A stretch of DNA of 64,000 bases from Eledone cirrhosa (taxonomy: Eukaryota): the NCBI GenBank assembly GCA_964016885.1, contig OZ024742.1, positions 363,382,001-363,446,000 of the forward strand, given 5' to 3'. This document shows positions 13,438 to 26,638 of the stretch, in pieces. Numbering within the stretch: the first letter of the stretch is position 1; each line of letters starts with the position of its first letter. The notes below the pieces were generated by a model, which was not told the origin of the DNA, made no database searches, and was given only the letters and a program-made list of their open reading frames with translations. A program made the translations under genes and the position numbers.

Positions 13438-14226
13438 ATGGAAAGACACATCCAACACTTCATCAACCGCATGCAGTTCTCTGGCTACAACCAAAGAGGC
13501 AGAGTCAGAGTATACGAAGGAGCCATGGAGAGGTATAAGACCCTCATAGAACTGGACATGAAAGGAATTTGCCTATTATACAGGAGCAAATCATGGAATA
13601 GCTTAGATAGGGCTAGACATAAGATAGGGAAAGCCACCTCATGGTACGACAACCAGAGATACCAGAGTGTCATGTTTGTGGACGCTACCCCTGGAGGCAA
13701 ATTAGCTAACCAGTGTAGAAAGGCCCTGAGAAAGACCCACTTAAAAATTAAGGTGGTAGAAAAGCCAGGAACCACCATAAAATCCCTGATCAGCAAAACC
13801 TACCCTTTTAAGAAAACCCACTGTACCAATAGGAAATGTATCATATGTAAGGTAAACCCCCGGATAAACTGTAAAACTAGAAACGTAGTCTATAGCATAA
13901 GATGTACAGAGGGTACTTTCAGAAACATGACAACAACATACATAGGTGAGACAGCTCGTAGCATAGTTGAAAGGATAGACCAACACTGGGGGGAACTAAA
14001 AGGACGAAAAAACGGGTCAGTACTATACGAACATGCTAGACAACAACATGACGGTAACATAGACAACATAGAAATTAGAATAATATCTAAACATAAAAAT
14101 GACCCAGCAGATAGGCAAATCAGAGAGCCAAGTGAAATAGAAATTAGAAGACCAAGACTAAACAGAAAGAATGAATGGAATAACAACAACACCCAAACAA
14201 ACAACACTGACCTAAGAGAAGTATAA
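13438..14226 (+). pseudogene. PLE C-terminal region: RT thumb/linker, Cys motif and GIY-YIG endonuclease
   Basis: CTNRKCIIC linker (Neptune-like Cx4Cx2C), CKTRNVVYSIRC, YIGETARS..R..QH, HARQQH, RQIRE..EI....P.LN. Confidence 0.85.
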
Positions 14227-14477
14227 ATAAGTAAATAAAATAAAATAAATAAATAAATAAATAAATAAATAAATACATACACAAGCACAATAACAACAAG
14301 CACATAAACACACACTAGTCACCCATCACACAGTAAACAAAACACTATACACACACGCAAACGCATGCGCAAAGAAGACAAAATAAAATAAACAAACAAG
14401 CAAATAAATAAATAAATATATAGACAGACTGAATAAAAATGGCGTAGACATACAATACAACAGGAGGAAACGATAGC

Positions 14478-14519
14478 ACCACTGACGATGTTGCAGATGT
14501 GCAACGAAAGATTTATGAT
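14478..14519 (+). ncRNA. Minimal hammerhead ribozyme, partly degenerate
   Basis: CTGACGA T GTTGCA gatg TGCAAC GAAA GATT TA TGAT. Confidence 0.65.
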
Positions 14520-14715
14520 AAACTATATATATGTGTTTGTGTCTATATTGTATCTGTATTATTTTTGACCGTCGGTCAGTCAATGGCAACATTGAGGACC
14601 GAGTAAGTTACCGATATAAAAGACACAGAAGCGAGAATCGAAAACCAACCAAACAGTGAGTGTGTTCTGTTATTAATTCTGGCAATATTACACAAATATG
14701 ACCCTCCCCAAGTAT

Positions 14716-14767
<52 letters not shown>

Positions 14768-14899
14768 GACTAGACTCCTTCTTCCTCCTGTTTGACCTGT
14801 GCGGAATTCCTTCCTTGCTCACAATTTCGACTAGCTTTGATGGTCTTTATTCTCTCTCGTTCACGATTTCACCGAACTTATATTCATGGAAATCTGGGA

Positions 14900-15060
14900 C
14901 TTGACTTTTACTTCCTCACTTTTCGTTACATTACCATCTTTGTTTGTTTAGTCTCGCTCGTTCCTTTTATTTACGTGTCCCAACCAATTTCTTTAGCCGT
15001 TGCTCGCACCAACCGGAGATATATGGTCTTTAAAGCGATGAAATACCAATGAAATACCAA
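14900..15060 (+). repeat. Truncated copy of the 44-45 kb permuted-hammerhead element
   Basis: accatctttgtttgttta...tgctcgcaccaaccggagatatatggtctttaaagcgatgaaatacc matches 44836-44956. Confidence 0.7.
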
Positions 15061-15208
15061 TATATATATATATATATATATATATTTATCTGATCAGGTC
15101 AGGACAATGGTTCCGTGAAATCACGTGGCCAATGTCACCTTTGAAATATGTATCACTGCCTTATCAATAAAGGACTTTAACATATACTACTACTTCGCAT
15201 TTTCTTAT

Positions 15209-15280
<72 letters not shown>

Positions 15281-15481
15281 TGTGTGTGTATGTACATGGA
15301 CATATGCATTTATCACATAACGAATGTGGTAGTTCTCTATATATAGTTTTGCTGCCACGACATCCCGGCATTGTCCAGTGAACAACTTCTTATTCAATGT
15401 AACATCACAACTAATGAATGATGGGATGTCTCTTGATACTTCATTTCATTTACAGAAAACTCATTTTGTTGCTACACCGTA

Positions 15482-15537
<56 letters not shown>

Positions 15538-15569
15538 ACACACACACACACAGACAGACAGACACACAC

Positions 15570-15604
<35 letters not shown>

Positions 15605-15942
15605 CATGTGTGTGTGCGTTTCTATGTATATATGTACGCATGTCAAAGATAGCGAACACCTGCAATGACAGAGTAGTTTGATGACAGTGTGGGACGATAG
15701 ACTTATACGATAGACAAGAAGACGTCAAGTGAGAATATGATGAAATAATGATGTTTTCTGATGGAACTGATATATTGAATCAATCAATGTTATATCTCAT
15801 TTTTACACTTACATACACATCGGTTCCGACTCTCATGATTAATAGCTACGTATCAAATTCGATATAAGATACATGGATATAATACTTGATATCAACAGGG
15901 AAACCATAACTATATTCATAATTATTATTATACATACACACA

Positions 15943-15981
<39 letters not shown>

Positions 15982-16363
15982 GGAAAAAATGAAACGAAAT
16001 TTCATTTCCCACTCTTAGTACAGCTGTTACTTAAATATAAGTATGTACACGTACATACATATATGTATACAGACGTACAGTAGTATGTATATATATATAT
16101 ACATACATGCACACATATATATATGTACGTATGGATTCACCGAACATTTATTATAATGCTCGGTGGTTTGTAATCAAAGATCCCGTATTAAGCCGTACAG
16201 TGTCCAGCAACCATCGCTGCTCGTTTTATCGTTTATTTATCGTTCCGTTTATCGTTTTCGGTGCACCCGGCCGATTAACCCACTCGATATGCAAATTGGG
16301 CTACTCAGCCGTTAATATGCATAAGGTAAGTATATACGTTCAACAATCTGGGAGGAAGGTATA

Positions 16364-16404
16364 CGTTGCTGACGATAGCTAATAAGCTTGAAACTAGTAC
16401 AGCG
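16364..16404 (+). ncRNA. Minimal type I hammerhead ribozyme
   Basis: CGTTG CTGACGA T AGCT aata AGCT T GAAA CTAG TA CAGCG; GUA cleavage site, palindromic ACTAGT. Confidence 0.85.
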
Positions 16405-16787
16405 TTCCTTTGTCAGTGTTGAACAAACGAGCAACGATGGTTGCTGGACACAACGGCTTAATACGGGATGTTTGTATACAAACACACCGAGCATTATAAT
16501 AAATGTTCGGTGAATCCATACGTACATATATATATGTGTGCATGAATGTATATATATATATATACATACTATTGTACGTCTGTATACATATATGTATGTA
16601 CGTGTACATACATATATTTAAGTAACAGCCGTACTAAGAGTGGGAAATGAAATTTCGTTTCATTTTTTCCGTTTATCGTTTTCGGTGCACCCGGCCAATT
16701 AACCCACTCGATATGCAAATTGGGCTACTCAGCGGTTAATATGCATAAGATAAGTATATACGTTCAACAATCTGGCAAGAAGGTATA

Positions 16788-16828
16788 CGTTGCTGACGAT
16801 AGCTAATAAGGTTGAAACTAGTACGGCG
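16788..16828 (+). ncRNA. Minimal type I hammerhead ribozyme (second tandem copy)
   Basis: CGTTG CTGACGA TAGCTAATAAGGTT GAAA CTAG TA CGGCG. Confidence 0.75.
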
Positions 16829-17101
16829 TTCCTTTGTCAGTGTTGAACAAACGAGCAACGATGGTTGCTGGACACTACGGCTTAATTCGGGATGTTTGTT
16901 TACAAACACACCGAGCATTATCATAAATGTTCGGTGAATCCATACGTACATATATATATGTGTGCATGTATGAATATATATATACATACTACTGTATCTC
17001 TGTATACATATATGTATGTACGTGTACATACTTATATATATATGTGAATATATATTTATTATATATACACACTACACACGCGCACATATATGTGTGTGTG
17101 A

Positions 17102-17135
<34 letters not shown>

Positions 17136-17613
17136 ATATATACATATCTATATATATAGACTCACTCGATATGCAAATTAGGCTGCTCAGCCGTTAATAT
17201 GCATAAGGAAAATATATACTTTCAAACGTTCAATCGACTGACAGGAAGGAATACGATGCTGATGATAGCTAATAAGAAAGAAACTAGTTCATGGTTCCTT
17301 AGTCAATGTTGAACAAAAGGGTAACGATGGTTGCCGAACCCTGTACGGCTTAATTCGGGCTGTTTTTTTACAAACAAACCGAGCATTGTAGTGAATGTTC
17401 GGTAAACCCATACGTACATATATATATATATGTGTGCATGTATGAATATATATATACATACTACTGTACGTCTGTATACATACATGTATGTACGTATACA
17501 TACTTACATTTAAGTATCAGCCGTACTAAGAGTGAGAAAGGAAATTTCATTTTTTACATTTATATATACAGACATATACATATATACATATATATATACA
17601 TGTATATATACAT

Positions 17614-17718
<105 letters not shown>

Positions 17719-18469
17719 TGTAATGTATACATATATGTGTGTACGTTTGTGCGTCTGTTTGTTTAGGTGTGTGTGTCTGAGTTCATAAATGTGCGTGTAT
17801 GTTTGTATGCATTAATGCACATATGTATATATGTAGGTATGTCTCCTTATATGGGAAGATTGCCATAGAAATAAGAAAGATTAAGAGAAAGTGTGGGGAG
17901 ATGGGGATGAAAGTGTGAGTGAGAGGGAGAAGAAGGTGTTACATTTCTCAGTCTGGCAAGGGAGATAACTGCATATTACCATGACATGTCAACCAGTGAA
18001 TTTATTCTCAACAGAACATCAGGTCTCCCAGTGTATAATAACACAGCTAAGAGGATTGATTAATGAGTTATTGCAGTCATTCTGAGAGAATTGCTACTGT
18101 ATCATCTTCATAGTATTGATGATCAGTTACTTGTAATAGACACACACACATACATACACACAAACACTCATACACACGCACATACACACATGCACACAAA
18201 CTCTCATGCACACACACTCACATATATATATAGAGAGAGAGATAGAGATATAATATGTAGATTACCGTGTCTTATCGAGGGGTAAAGCCAGTTACAAAGG
18301 TATTGAGTACGTAGCTAGAATATAGGCATATCATTATATATAGACGTCTACCGTACTATAACTGTTTAAACCCGGAGAAGTTCTACACCTGTAGATATCA
18401 AGTCTATATAAAATAGAGTGTGTATATATATAGACCTCTTTGGATTTTAGTCTTCAAATTTATTATTAT

Positions 18470-18516
<47 letters not shown>

Positions 18517-18647
18517 GATAAATCTACCAAAAGTTTACGGTTGTGTCCAATCCGTATGAAGAACTCAATGTAATCCGGATATCATGGAAAGAAGAGATGC
18601 ATTCAAAAATCACTTTCGGTGAAAGATAAACGGAATACAGAGTCAAG

Positions 18648-19722
18648 ATAAAATATTTAAAAAATAATGAATAAAACAATGAAACAGTTCCTTATATTAA
18701 ACAAAAAAAGTTCATTACTTAACGATCGTTTCTAGGACATATATGTGTTAGAATTGGCATGCATATTCAACAGATCTATGTACAAAATTATACAAAATTA
18801 TACAAACTATCAAATAGAATATACATACCAACACATACATATGCCGTCTTCAGAAATAATGAAATATATTTATTGATAATAACAACAATTCAAAATTACA
18901 GGTCTGTTTGGGAACAGAGTTCAAATAGACCAATGAAATACACAAAAAATATATAGAAATGGATTGCAGAATATCATGTAATCATAAACTGAGAAAAACT
19001 TTTAAATATATACCTAATTAATATATTCTTTACAAATAAATATATAGATTAATTTTAATTTTTGTTAACCTATAATTATATTCTACTATAGTTAAAATAC
19101 AAAATCTGCTTTAATTATTATAAACCTAATTAACATATACTATAGAAATTAATATATAATTTTTAGTTTAGTTAACATATAATTTATATTCTACTACCGA
19201 TGAAAAACTTGATTTGGTTTTCCCTATTACTAAATTCATTTCCTAAAATTGATACCATAATGTTAATATTTTTAATTTAGTTATGCTATAATTAATACTC
19301 TACTACTGTTTAACTTCAAAATTCCGCTTTAAATATTATAAACCTAAGTAGTATACACCTTAGAAATCAATATATTAACTATTTTTAATTCAGTTAACCT
19401 ATAATTAATAGTCTACTTATATTAAAATGCATAATTTTGCCTTCTTTCTTACATTTCCTAATACTGAAACTACTATGTAAACACATATTATGATCTAATT
19501 GCAGATTAATATTCTATGTTCCTTGAAACCTATATTTACTATTTCCCACTAATAATTTGAATCCCCCCCCCCTATAATTATTCGTATTTGTAAGCGTGGA
19601 TGTATGTATGTGTATGTAAGTATGTATGTATGTTTGGGTGTTTGTATGTGAGTATAAAAATACATATGTGCGCATGTAAATATGTGTGTATGATTGTATA
19701 TATATATATATATGTATGTATG

Positions 19723-19753
<31 letters not shown>

Positions 19754-19847
19754 GTGTGTGTATGTATGTGTATATGTATATATATTTGTAGAGATGTGTG
19801 TATGTATGTGTATATATGTGCATAATTGTCTGACTGTGTGTATTTAT

Positions 19848-19893
<46 letters not shown>

Positions 19894-20230
19894 ATGTATA
19901 TCTCTATATTTATGTATGTCTGAGTTGTGTGTGAGCGTGTGGTTGTATGTGTATATATATACATGGATATGTGTATGTGTATGTATATATACGTATATGT
20001 ATGTGTGTGTGTGTGTATATATATGTGCGTGTATGTATATATATATGTGTGTATATATATATGTATATATATGTGTGTATATATATATATGTATGTGTAT
20101 GTATGTGTGTATGTGTGTGTACATATATGTGTATATATATGTGTGTTGTGAGTATATGTATATATATATGTGTGTATGTATGTGTATGTGTATGTGTATG
20201 TTTATATATGTATATGTATATGTCTCTATA

Positions 20231-20278
<48 letters not shown>

Positions 20279-21118
20279 GATCGGTGTGTATTTTATGTAT
20301 GAGTATATATTTTACTTGTTTATTTCTTTTAATATATTTCTTTTTATTTCTAAATTTATAGATACATTTTCATAAATAGGCTGTGTCTGACACCCTTAGT
20401 AATTACTGACTCCCTTTACCTACTTTAGTTCTGCATCTAGATGTAAGTATATGTGGCAGTGTTTATGTGTGCGCCTCAATATCCATATAGTTATAATAAT
20501 AATATATACGTATGTGTGTGTGTGTGTGTGTATGTATGTGTGTGTGTATGTTCGTGGGTATGTGTATGTTTATGTGTATATGCGTGTGTGTGTATGAATG
20601 TATGTATATGTGTGTATATATGAGTGTATATATGTATGTATACGTATGTGTATTTTATCTGTAGATTATAAACATACAGAGACATTAGCCCTGAATTTTT
20701 GTATTTACATACATTTTTTCGACATGCTTATGCATGTGAACATACATTTTTATGCATATCTGTGAACGAAGTTACTTACATATATACACACACCTAACTG
20801 TATTTTCTTGATATATTTTGTGTATTTCATTGGTCTATTTGAACTCTGTTCCCAAACAGACCTGTAATTTTGAATTGTTGTTATTATCAATAAATATATT
20901 TCATTATTTCTGAAGACGGCATATGTATGTGTTGGTATGTATATTCTATTTGATAGTTTGTATAATTTTGTATAATTTTGTACATAGATCTGTTGAATAT
21001 GCATGCCAATTCTAACACATATATGTCCTAGAAACGATCGTTAAATAATGAACTTGTTTTGTTTAATATAAGGAACTGTTTCATTGTTTTATTCATTATT
21101 TTTTAAATATTTTATATA
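18648..21118. mobile_element. Non-coding element bounded by ~305-bp inverted repeats (18648-18955 / 20810-21118), each carrying a long-stem-II hammerhead
   Basis: Arms are near-perfect reverse complements; the interior is AT-rich and microsatellite DNA. Confidence 0.8.
20902..21050 (+). ncRNA. Type I hammerhead with a 114-nt stem II insert (inverted copy at 18713-18861, - strand)
   Basis: CATTATTT CTGAAGA [GGCATATGTATGTGTTGG...CTAACACATATATGTCC] GAAA CGATCG TT AAATAATG; perfect 8-bp stem I. Confidence 0.8.
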
Positions 21119-21480
21119 TATATATATATATAAATAAATGAAAGGTATAGAATATATATATATATATATATATATATTTCGAATATTAATAATTGTTTCT
21201 GCTTTTGACACAAGCGCAGCAATTATTCCAGTGTATTACTGGTACTTTATTTTGTCGACTCCGTAAGGCGTAAGGATGAAAGGCAAAGTTAACCTCGGAG
21301 GGATTTGAACCCAGAATGGCAAGGGCCGTAACTCTTTGCTACAAAGCATGGCGTCAGACCCTCTACCGATACTGCCATACCATTCGATTCGTTTGCAATT
21401 GTGCAAACGCCTCAATTTTATAGCCATGTCAGTAGAATGAATCTTTTATTCTTGCTCTTGTGTTGGCATGTGAACAGAAC

Positions 21481-21521
21481 TGCAGACACTAATGTTTCTG
21501 CGTATCACCCCTCATCAGTAC
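21481..21521 (-). ncRNA. Degenerate minimal hammerhead inside a fold-back element (arms ~21380-21472 / 21605-21700)
   Basis: rc: GTA CTGATGA GGGGT gat ACGCA GAAA CA ttag TG TC TGC. Confidence 0.5.
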
Positions 21522-21874
21522 AGCTCATGGTTCCCCTGCCAAACTGCTATTTTCAAAAATACTCAGTGACTGATCGGCCTGATTTGCATATTAGGAGACT
21601 GACTTCGCATGCCAACATAAGAGCAAGAATGAAGTGTTAATTCTACTGACATGGCTATAAAATTGAGGCTTGTTTGCATAATTGCAAATGAATCGATTGT
21701 TATTATTAATATTCGAAAAACTCAGATTACATTTATTGTATTCAGCCATGTAGACTGAAATTTTCTTAACCCCCTCCCCTCCATCGCTTTTCCTCCCTTT
21801 TCTCTCCCCTCTTTTTTCTAAATGCCTCCACCACTCCCCCACACACCCTCAGAACTCTCTTCCTACCCACTATT

Positions 21875-21910
21875 CTCCTGATGAACGGCTTATGCCCGAA
21901 ACGTCGTTCC
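21875..21910 (+). ncRNA. Degenerate PLE-type hammerhead
   Basis: CTGATGA ACGG cttatg CCC GAAA CGTCG TT; stem I not evident. Confidence 0.5.
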
Positions 21911-21988
21911 CCACCCTCCACTCTCAAAAGCATGAACCTAATAAACTCTTATTTGTACTGCCTCTCTGTTTTTGTTCCCGTCCAAGTT

Positions 21989-22474
<486 letters not shown>

Positions 22475-23300
22475 TGGGGCGAGTTCGTTATTGGGCACAA
22501 AGAGGAATCATATGGTAAGCATGTTTCTGCATTTAACACAATTGCTTTATATCTGTGTAGTCGTTTTCTATTTCACTAAGCGACCCCATGTAGTAGCGTC
22601 TTTATTACGAGTGCTTTGACCAAAAATTGTCAAAAGTTGTCAATAAAAGGAAATTGTTTGGAAACCCCATCAAGGCCTATTTTGTCCAGGGTGTGTTATT
22701 AATAAGGCTTATCATACTGAATCACAAGGATTAGGTACCCTTCATATTGTAATGGGGTGATCGATATGCTGGAATAGGCCAGAAACACTTCTAAGCTGAG
22801 GGTCGATAGACATGTGTGAATAAGTCTGTACATTAATATACATGGTTGGTTGACTTAATCTGGAAAAGTGTTATTTGTGCTCTAGTTCCTCCACTGCCTA
22901 TATTAAACACATGCATCTCTAATGTATTTCCTCAATGTTGGTTTGGCACGAAACCATCGCCTTCTTCTTCACCGTGAAAAGGCAACCCCATTCAATAAGT
23001 AAAACGCAGTACATATCAAGTAATGTTTTATTTATTTTTTATCTTTGATATTTTATAGATTTGAAGATGTTGGTATTTGATGTAGAACTGAAGATCGTGC
23101 AACATCGGATAAATGACATTGTAGTGTAGGAAATATGGAAGATGTATCTATTCAGTGTAATATATGTTTGGATATATGCATTATTGTAATGCATGCAGCT
23201 AAATATCACAGTAATCTCTTTATCTATCTATTGGTGTAACTATCCGTATAGTTGTCTCTTTCACTCTCTCTCTCTATCTCTCTCTCTTTCCTCCTCACCA

Positions 23301-23419
<119 letters not shown>

Positions 23420-23630
23420 GTCTGTCTCTATATCTATCTGTTTTACTATGTATCTGTCTGCCTATCTACATATCTCTGTCTGTCTGTCTCTCTCTCATTC
23501 TCTCTCTCTCTCTCTATCTCTCTCTATCTATTTATCTATCTATATGATTCTCTGTCTATCTCCCTATCACACTATCTCTCTATCTCTATATCGCACCCTC
23601 TCTCTATCTCGCTATCTCTTTATCTATCCA

Positions 23631-25727
23631 CTCAACACAGAGTTAAATATTTTGGCCAAGGTGCTAGCGAGGTTGGCGCTTGTCGTCGAGAACCTGATAG
23701 GGAAAGCGCAAACGTGTGCAATCCCGACCAAGTCCATACACGACAACCTCCACCCCATGCGATACATCATAGAGACGGTGGGGAGTAAACCTAGCTTCGG
23801 TGGGGCTCTGATCCATTTATATCAGTCTAAGGCATTCGATAGGGTCGACCATCGAAACTTGGAAGCGGTCCACAAGGCAGTCGGTTTCGATCCCGTTTTC
23901 AGAGGCTGGATCAAGGCGATGCACACCAGCATCTGCTCGAGGGTCAAGGTGAACGGCTACCTATCGGAGCCGTTCGCAATCACGCGTTCCATTCAACAGG
24001 ATGTTCTCTCTCCTCCATTATGTACGTATTAACTTTAGAGCCACTATTGCGGAAGTTAGAGCTTTGCAGGGCATCCCTTTAGAACCGGGACTGCGAAAAG
24101 CGGCGTCAGCTTATGCCGACGACGTTACGGTAATGGTGTCGAATATCTCGGAAATCAAGGTAATCGGCAACCTACTACAGGAATACGAAACATTAACAGG
24201 AGCAAAACTGAACCCGGACAAGTCTGTCGGTTTGCAACTCGGAACGTGGAGAGGCAAACCGATACCGTCCGACAGCGTCGTCGGACGCTGGATGGAAGGA
24301 CCGATGAAATTACTCGGGGTCTGGTTCGGTCCAGACCTGCGGGTGGAAAAAGACTGGAGGTCATGGCCAAGGTATTTGCGCTCACCCAGAAGTGGGCAGA
24401 GTGCAAACTGTCTTTGAAAGGTCGAGCGGAGGTGGCGAACACTTTCATAGCGTCCGTCATCTACTACCGATTGACTGTCGGGCCTTGTCCCCGATAATAC
24501 CTCAACAAGATGGAATGCATGCTCTTCCAGTTCCTGTGGAAGAAGCAGGCTCCACTGGTGAGGAGATCCGTTTGCTGTCAGCACCCTTCCAACGGAGGGC
24601 TGGGCATGCCGTGGCTAATGATTCGCAAACATGCGCTGAGGCTACGGCATCTCCAGGTATTCCTCACCGACCAACCGGTGTGGGCACCGTTTGTGAGACA
24701 GGCCTTCCAACAACTTGTCTCGCTGACGGAGCTGCAGTCCTGGGTGAAGCGAAGACCGAAGAAGATGGGCACCAGGCACATTGAATGCGCCCAGGCGCTC
24801 ACAGTCCTCTGTCAAGCGGGCACAGCAATCAGTGGAGACTCCACTTCGACATTCTATAGAGGGTTAGTACTTTACAAGTTTGACGATGTGCTCGGGGAGA
24901 CACTAGGCGTCGAAGACGACGAGCTCACCAGTCTGTTTGGTAGGACTTTCCACCAGGGACCTATGGATAACTTCCAGAGGTCCCTGGCCTGGCAGTGCTA
25001 CCGAGGAGCTCTACCCGTTCGAGATAAGATCTACAGGCACGGACGCCTCGGCAGGGATCCTTCCAAGAAGACGTGTCCAAGATGCGAGCAGGACATTGAA
25101 ACCGTCTTGCACGCAAGTGTATGCTGCCCGGGCGTAAGCGACCTGTGGAACTATGCAGAACAACTGCTGTCACGTATGGGACAAATCCAGTTGACTGCCG
25201 AGTCCATAGTAAGGATCAAACAACCAGCCTCTTTCAAAAACGAAAGAGAGGCGGTTACACTCTGTACAGTGTCTATGGTGAAAGAGGTTATATGGTGGAC
25301 GAGATTGAGCGGACTGAGGACAGATGCCTTTCGCTCCAGACAACAATTGATTCCCTTCTTTAAGTATCATTTTAGAAGGAGAATAAGAGTGGGGAGAGAG
25401 GTACTGCACCCCAGTAAATTTACTGAAAGGTGGGGGAATGAAGCGAAAATGGCCCGAGTGATTGGGCCTTCTCTGTTTATAAAGCTGTAAGTTAAAGAAG
25501 AGAGCAAAAGGAAGAAAGGAGCACTTGCACAACACGCTCCTGGAGTTGAGGGTTGTTCTATCGACGGGGTATTAAACAACCCATTTGTGGCGCCTCTCCT
25601 CTATTCGGGATTTCGATTGTTATAATTGTTTGTTTCAATATTTTTACACGAATGTATGTAAAATCCCCGGCATGTGTCTTTGTATTGTCCCCTTTTATTG
25701 TGCGCCCTTGTGGCAAATAAAGAAATA
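23631..25727 (+). mobile_element. L1/Tx1-group retrotransposon copy 3, 5'-truncated and more diverged
   Basis: LNTEL.ILAK, QSKAFDRV, AYADD, CPRC..ETVLH; several frameshifts and stops; 5' junction in tatctatc, 3' end AATAAAGAAATATATCTAT. Confidence 0.95.
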
Positions 25728-25884
25728 TATCTATATGACTCTCTGTCTATATACCAACCAAAATATATTGCAGCTCTTGTAAAAAAAAATTGCCATTTTT
25801 ATTTCGGTTGCCAAAATTATGCTGATACTGATACTGATGTTGCTGCTGCTGCTTCTGCTTCTGCTTCTGCTGCTGCTGCTGCCG

Positions 25885-25930
<46 letters not shown>

Positions 25931-26638
25931 AGGAATATTCTATAGTTTTTGCTATCTCCACGTCGTATTAGTATTTTCCTTTGACTGTTCAATGCGATTT
26001 CTTGTGCATTAGGAAAGTACAGAATAACCTAATTTGAAACACACAGAGACACATACACACATATACACATATACACATGCACATACACACATAGACAGAC
26101 ACACATACACACATACATATACATACAGATGCACATACACATACACAGATACACAAACACACATACACACATACATATACAGATGCACATACACATACAC
26201 AGATGCACAGACACACATACACACATACATATACATATGCACAGACACATACACAGATGTACACACACACACAAACACACATATACAGATGCACAGACAC
26301 ATACACAGATGTACACACACATACACAAACACACATTTATACACGGGCACAATCACACACAGGCAACCCCTCCACACAACACCGTCGAGATTTTACTACT
26401 CTACCTGTCTGTATGTATGTTTGCCTGCCCCCCCCCCCCTCTCTCTCTCTTACTATATATATATATATAACAAGGTTAAAACTTTGAAATATCCTGTAGT
26501 GTTTTCTGTATTCCCCCATGCAGGAACCGGTGTAAGATGTATAAAACGTCTGATATTTTTCAGTGTTGCGTTATAGTATTATACATGTGGAGCCTGTGTG
26601 TATATAGGTCTATATCTATCTATCTATCTATCTATCTA

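Larger units (their letters stand above)
13423..14722 (+). mobile_element. Penelope-like element, 5'-truncated, between (TA)n tracts
   Basis: ORF 13438-14226 with a GIY-YIG domain, followed by a 3' region holding a hammerhead and the family terminus. Confidence 0.9.
15978..17555 (+). mobile_element. Tandem ~424-bp hammerhead-containing repeat (retrozyme/PLE-like) with an inverted 5' arm
   Basis: Hammerheads at 16364-16404, 16788-16828, 17254-17294; 15978-16230 is an inverted copy of 16420-16672. Confidence 0.8.

Noticed and set aside
15088-15152. Hammerhead-like CTGATCA...GAAA TATGTA TC with a long hairpin
   Set aside because: Core G8 is altered and no stem I partner exists; too degenerate to call
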